DNA of 64,000 nt, taken from Dudresnaya verticillata (lineage: Eukaryota). The notes below the pieces were generated by a model that did not search any database, was not told where the DNA came from, and was given only the letters and a program-made list of their open reading frames with translations. A program made the position numbers and the translations under genes. Shown piece by piece: positions 61,265 through 64,000 of the stretch (position 1 is its first letter; every line of letters starts with the position of its first letter). Location of the stretch: NCBI GenBank assembly GCA_977862235.1, contig OZ374562.1:868001-932000 (forward strand), read 5' to 3'.

Positions 61265-63830
61265 ATGCCGACATCTAACGGTGATACCACTCGGCCAGGC
61301 TTTTCGAGCCGGGTCGGTAGTCGTACAGGCAGCTTATCCTCCGTGAGGACCACGGGAGCAAGAACCCGTGCTGTAGTAGCCACTTTGGCTCGAGGCCCTA
61401 TAGTAGGAGAAGTGGAACGCCCGCCCCGAATGGCGGGCGCACCAGGAGACGAAGATCCGTCTGCCCATGGAAAGGAACATATCCCTGAAGGAGAAACCAC
61501 GGCCCCGACTGCAGCTGCCAGCACCGCCAACAACGGTGCGAATGAGAGTCCGGACCCTAGTATGCTGCCGCCGCCGATGCTTCAAGCTGGATACAGCCAG
61601 CATGATACAGGCGGCTGGCCTTAGAAGAAGAAACACCTTCATCGCTTCTGCCAGATATCGGAATGCCGGTGAGAACGAAGGCAAACTCAACCGACCAACG
61701 GTGCTTCACGGAGCGTGAGAGTGGTCATTTGGTTGAGACCGACATCGAAAATGCCCTTGGAACTAGCGTATTGGCGCTGCTTGAAAGCCAGGCGGACGAA
61801 ACCCTCACACGGGTAAAACGCTATTTTGACGACGCCACCGCTCGTCGAGACGACCAGCTACTGGCTAAGTGCCAAGAAATGGTCATTTCTCGTTGCCAAC
61901 AACGCCCCTTGAGGGGTTTAGAAGAGGAAAGGGTCGAGACCCTACAGGCCGAAGTGGACTCATTGGGAGACCAATTGGAATCGGTTCACCTTGAATTAGG
62001 TGAAGCCACGAAGGTTGCCGGCCTTTCCAGGACAGAAGCCGCAATGGCTATTGCGGACGTTCAATTCAACGTAGACAACGCACGGTGTGTTGAACAGGAC
62101 AGAGCCATCGAGGTCCTAAGGAAAGAACTCGATGAGGAGAAGCGTCGTGTCAATTTTCTGGAATTGCAGATGCGGTGCGTAATCTGCGAAAGGGATACTA
62201 TCCCTGAAGTCATGAGACGACGCTCACCGGTGCTTCGCGGCACGCGCGACAGGCGTAGGAGGCTACCCCATAGGGGGTCGGACAGTGGGTCCCAAGGTGA
62301 AGTAGATGGAGGCCGTTGCCAACAGGGTTGCAAGTGCAACAGACCAATTGGGACTTCTGCGCACCGCGACCAAGTGGATTCTCATCGTCACCGATTCAAG
62401 TCATCGTCACGAAGAGAATCCTCGGTCAGGGTCTCACCCTAATGCAGTTCCATCGGATGAAGAAGGACCGGGTTCCCGTTCGCATTCTAGACCTTCATGG
62501 TCTTCCTGGAGGGGTCCCTGACGTTCCGGTGTGAAGGAGCTGACTCCTAGGAATCCCGTCTTCATACAGGTACTGTCCTATAGAAGATATAGGTTATTGA
62601 ACCTGGATGATTGCCGCGGGCCCGAGGTGACCGAGGCGACCACGTAGAAAATCAAACGCGTCAAGTCCGTTATGCGGAGTCGCCGTTTTGACGGAAGTGA
62701 TTCGGTGTCAATTATTGGCTTCTTAGCCACGCTGAAGAGGCAGCTTGATCAAGCCCACATCAGCGAAGGTGCCGCTATCCTCGTCATCCCCGAGTTCCTC
62801 TAGAAGGATGCGAAGGATATGTTTGAAGCGAATTTTGACGCTACGGGTCACGACAATGGTGGTTTCACCGAATGGCCCGAAGCCGTGAATTACCTCCTTT
62901 GGACTTATGCCAAGGACGTTTACATTGAGTGGATTGCCTCTGAGATGTACACTATGGCGCAGGAGCCAGATGAGGACGAGGTGACTTTTTCGCGAAGGTT
63001 GCAGAACAAAGCGCGTCGAGTCACTGGGGTATACACCGAACAAGATTTGATAACCAGGTTTATTCGTGGTTTGTTACCAGCTGTGAAGCCGCTTTTAAGC
63101 ACGTCGTCCTTGGACCCAAGGACTGCGGGACTGGCGTATTACGTCGAGCTTGCGACTGCACAGGGAGATTCCCATCGGGCGCTGGTGGGTGGCGGACGAA
63201 CGCCAAAAGCGAATAGGACGCTACCAAGGAATACCTTGAAGAACGTTCATACCCACAAGGCAGGACGGGCGCTCCTTATTCGCCAGGCGAAGGATGCATC
63301 CGCCTCCGATTCGGACACTTCAAAGAGCAGTGACTCTGATGCGGAAAGCGAAGGCGCAGTCGTGGCCGCAATTGCTAACAAAAGCGTCACCAACAACAGC
63401 GACCCAATCGGACTCGTGGTCGACAGGACAGTATTAATACGAACAACCGTATCACGGTGAAGCTGACGCGGTACTACAGACCTACAATCATAATCTCCCA
63501 GCCTGGGCACAGCCAACCAGGACTCAACGCCCTGGGTGGGTGAAGGTTGAAGACCAACCCAATGATATCTGCTTCGAATGCTACGGCATTGGCCATAAAA
63601 AGCCCAACTGTACACATTTGGCTCGTACCGATGAACAATCTTTTGAGAGTTTAAAAAGAAGACAGTTTCATCAACTATCATACGAGCATAAAGCGTGGTT
63701 GGCAACCGTTGGCCGACTGCCGGAGTTCGCTAACGAGTGGGAGCCCCCCGGGCCGCCCATAGGGCAACGGATGGAGCGCCGTCAAAATTTGGGTGCAAGT
63801 CAAGGGGGAAATCGACGTGTTCAATTTTAA
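61265..63830 (+). pseudogene. gag: gag region with long N-terminal extension, multiple stops and frameshifts
   Basis: VLSYRRYRL, RFDGSD...I.FL, W.EAVNYLL.TYA, Q..DEDE..F..RL, FIRGL; CCHC knuckle CFECYGIGHKKPNC (~63570-63611). Confidence 0.8.
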
Positions 63831-64000
63831 CCTCGACTGAACCACCCCATTGACGCTCCGAGGCAAACGCCCAGGTCACCACGCCAAGGGTCTCGTCCCT
63901 TCCCACCACCTCCACCGCTACCGCTGTCGCCCGCAATGAAGGCGAAAAGCTAGCGAGGGGGGAACCGGTTTCGGTACATCACGTATCTCAGGTGGCATCA

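Larger units (their letters stand above)
59689..64000 (+). mobile_element. Ty3/gypsy-like LTR retrotransposon, 5' part, running off the right edge
   Basis: LTR 59689-60758, PBS 60760-60780, and an interrupted gag with zinc knuckle. Confidence 0.88.

Noticed and set aside
19946..64000. TE frameshifts as general sequencing error
   Set aside because: The four host genes are frame-intact and many TE lesions are substitutions to stop codons, so real decay is more likely. Individual indels still need read checks.

Overview
Eukaryotic, transposon-rich DNA, most likely from a red alga. This is an inference from the compact single-intron genes with CTAAC/CTGAC branch points and the style of the retroelement Gag proteins. 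Four intact host genes form two tandem pairs in the left third: two MFS (OFA-like) transporters (+) and two KIX-domain/MED15-like genes (-). Most of the rest is mobile DNA that can be resolved from termini and target-site duplications (TSDs). (i) Two related LTR retrotransposons at the window edges share a tRNA-Tyr-type primer-binding site (PBS). (ii) An 8.5-kb Mutator-like element (9-bp TSD) carries an Ulp1/SUMO-protease module and a convergent RGG-rich second gene. (iii) A chromodomain Ty3/gypsy element has an extra zinc-finger ORF before gag, and its 3' LTR is split by (iv) a 17-kb CACTA-ended, multi-gene element with a 2-bp TSD, which itself contains (v) a PIF/Harbinger element. (vi) A decayed tyrosine-recombinase (Crypton-like) locus lies next to a 62-bp palindromic tandem array. 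Most TE ORFs are interrupted, whereas the host genes are not. All family assignments come from motif recognition by eye; no database search was run.
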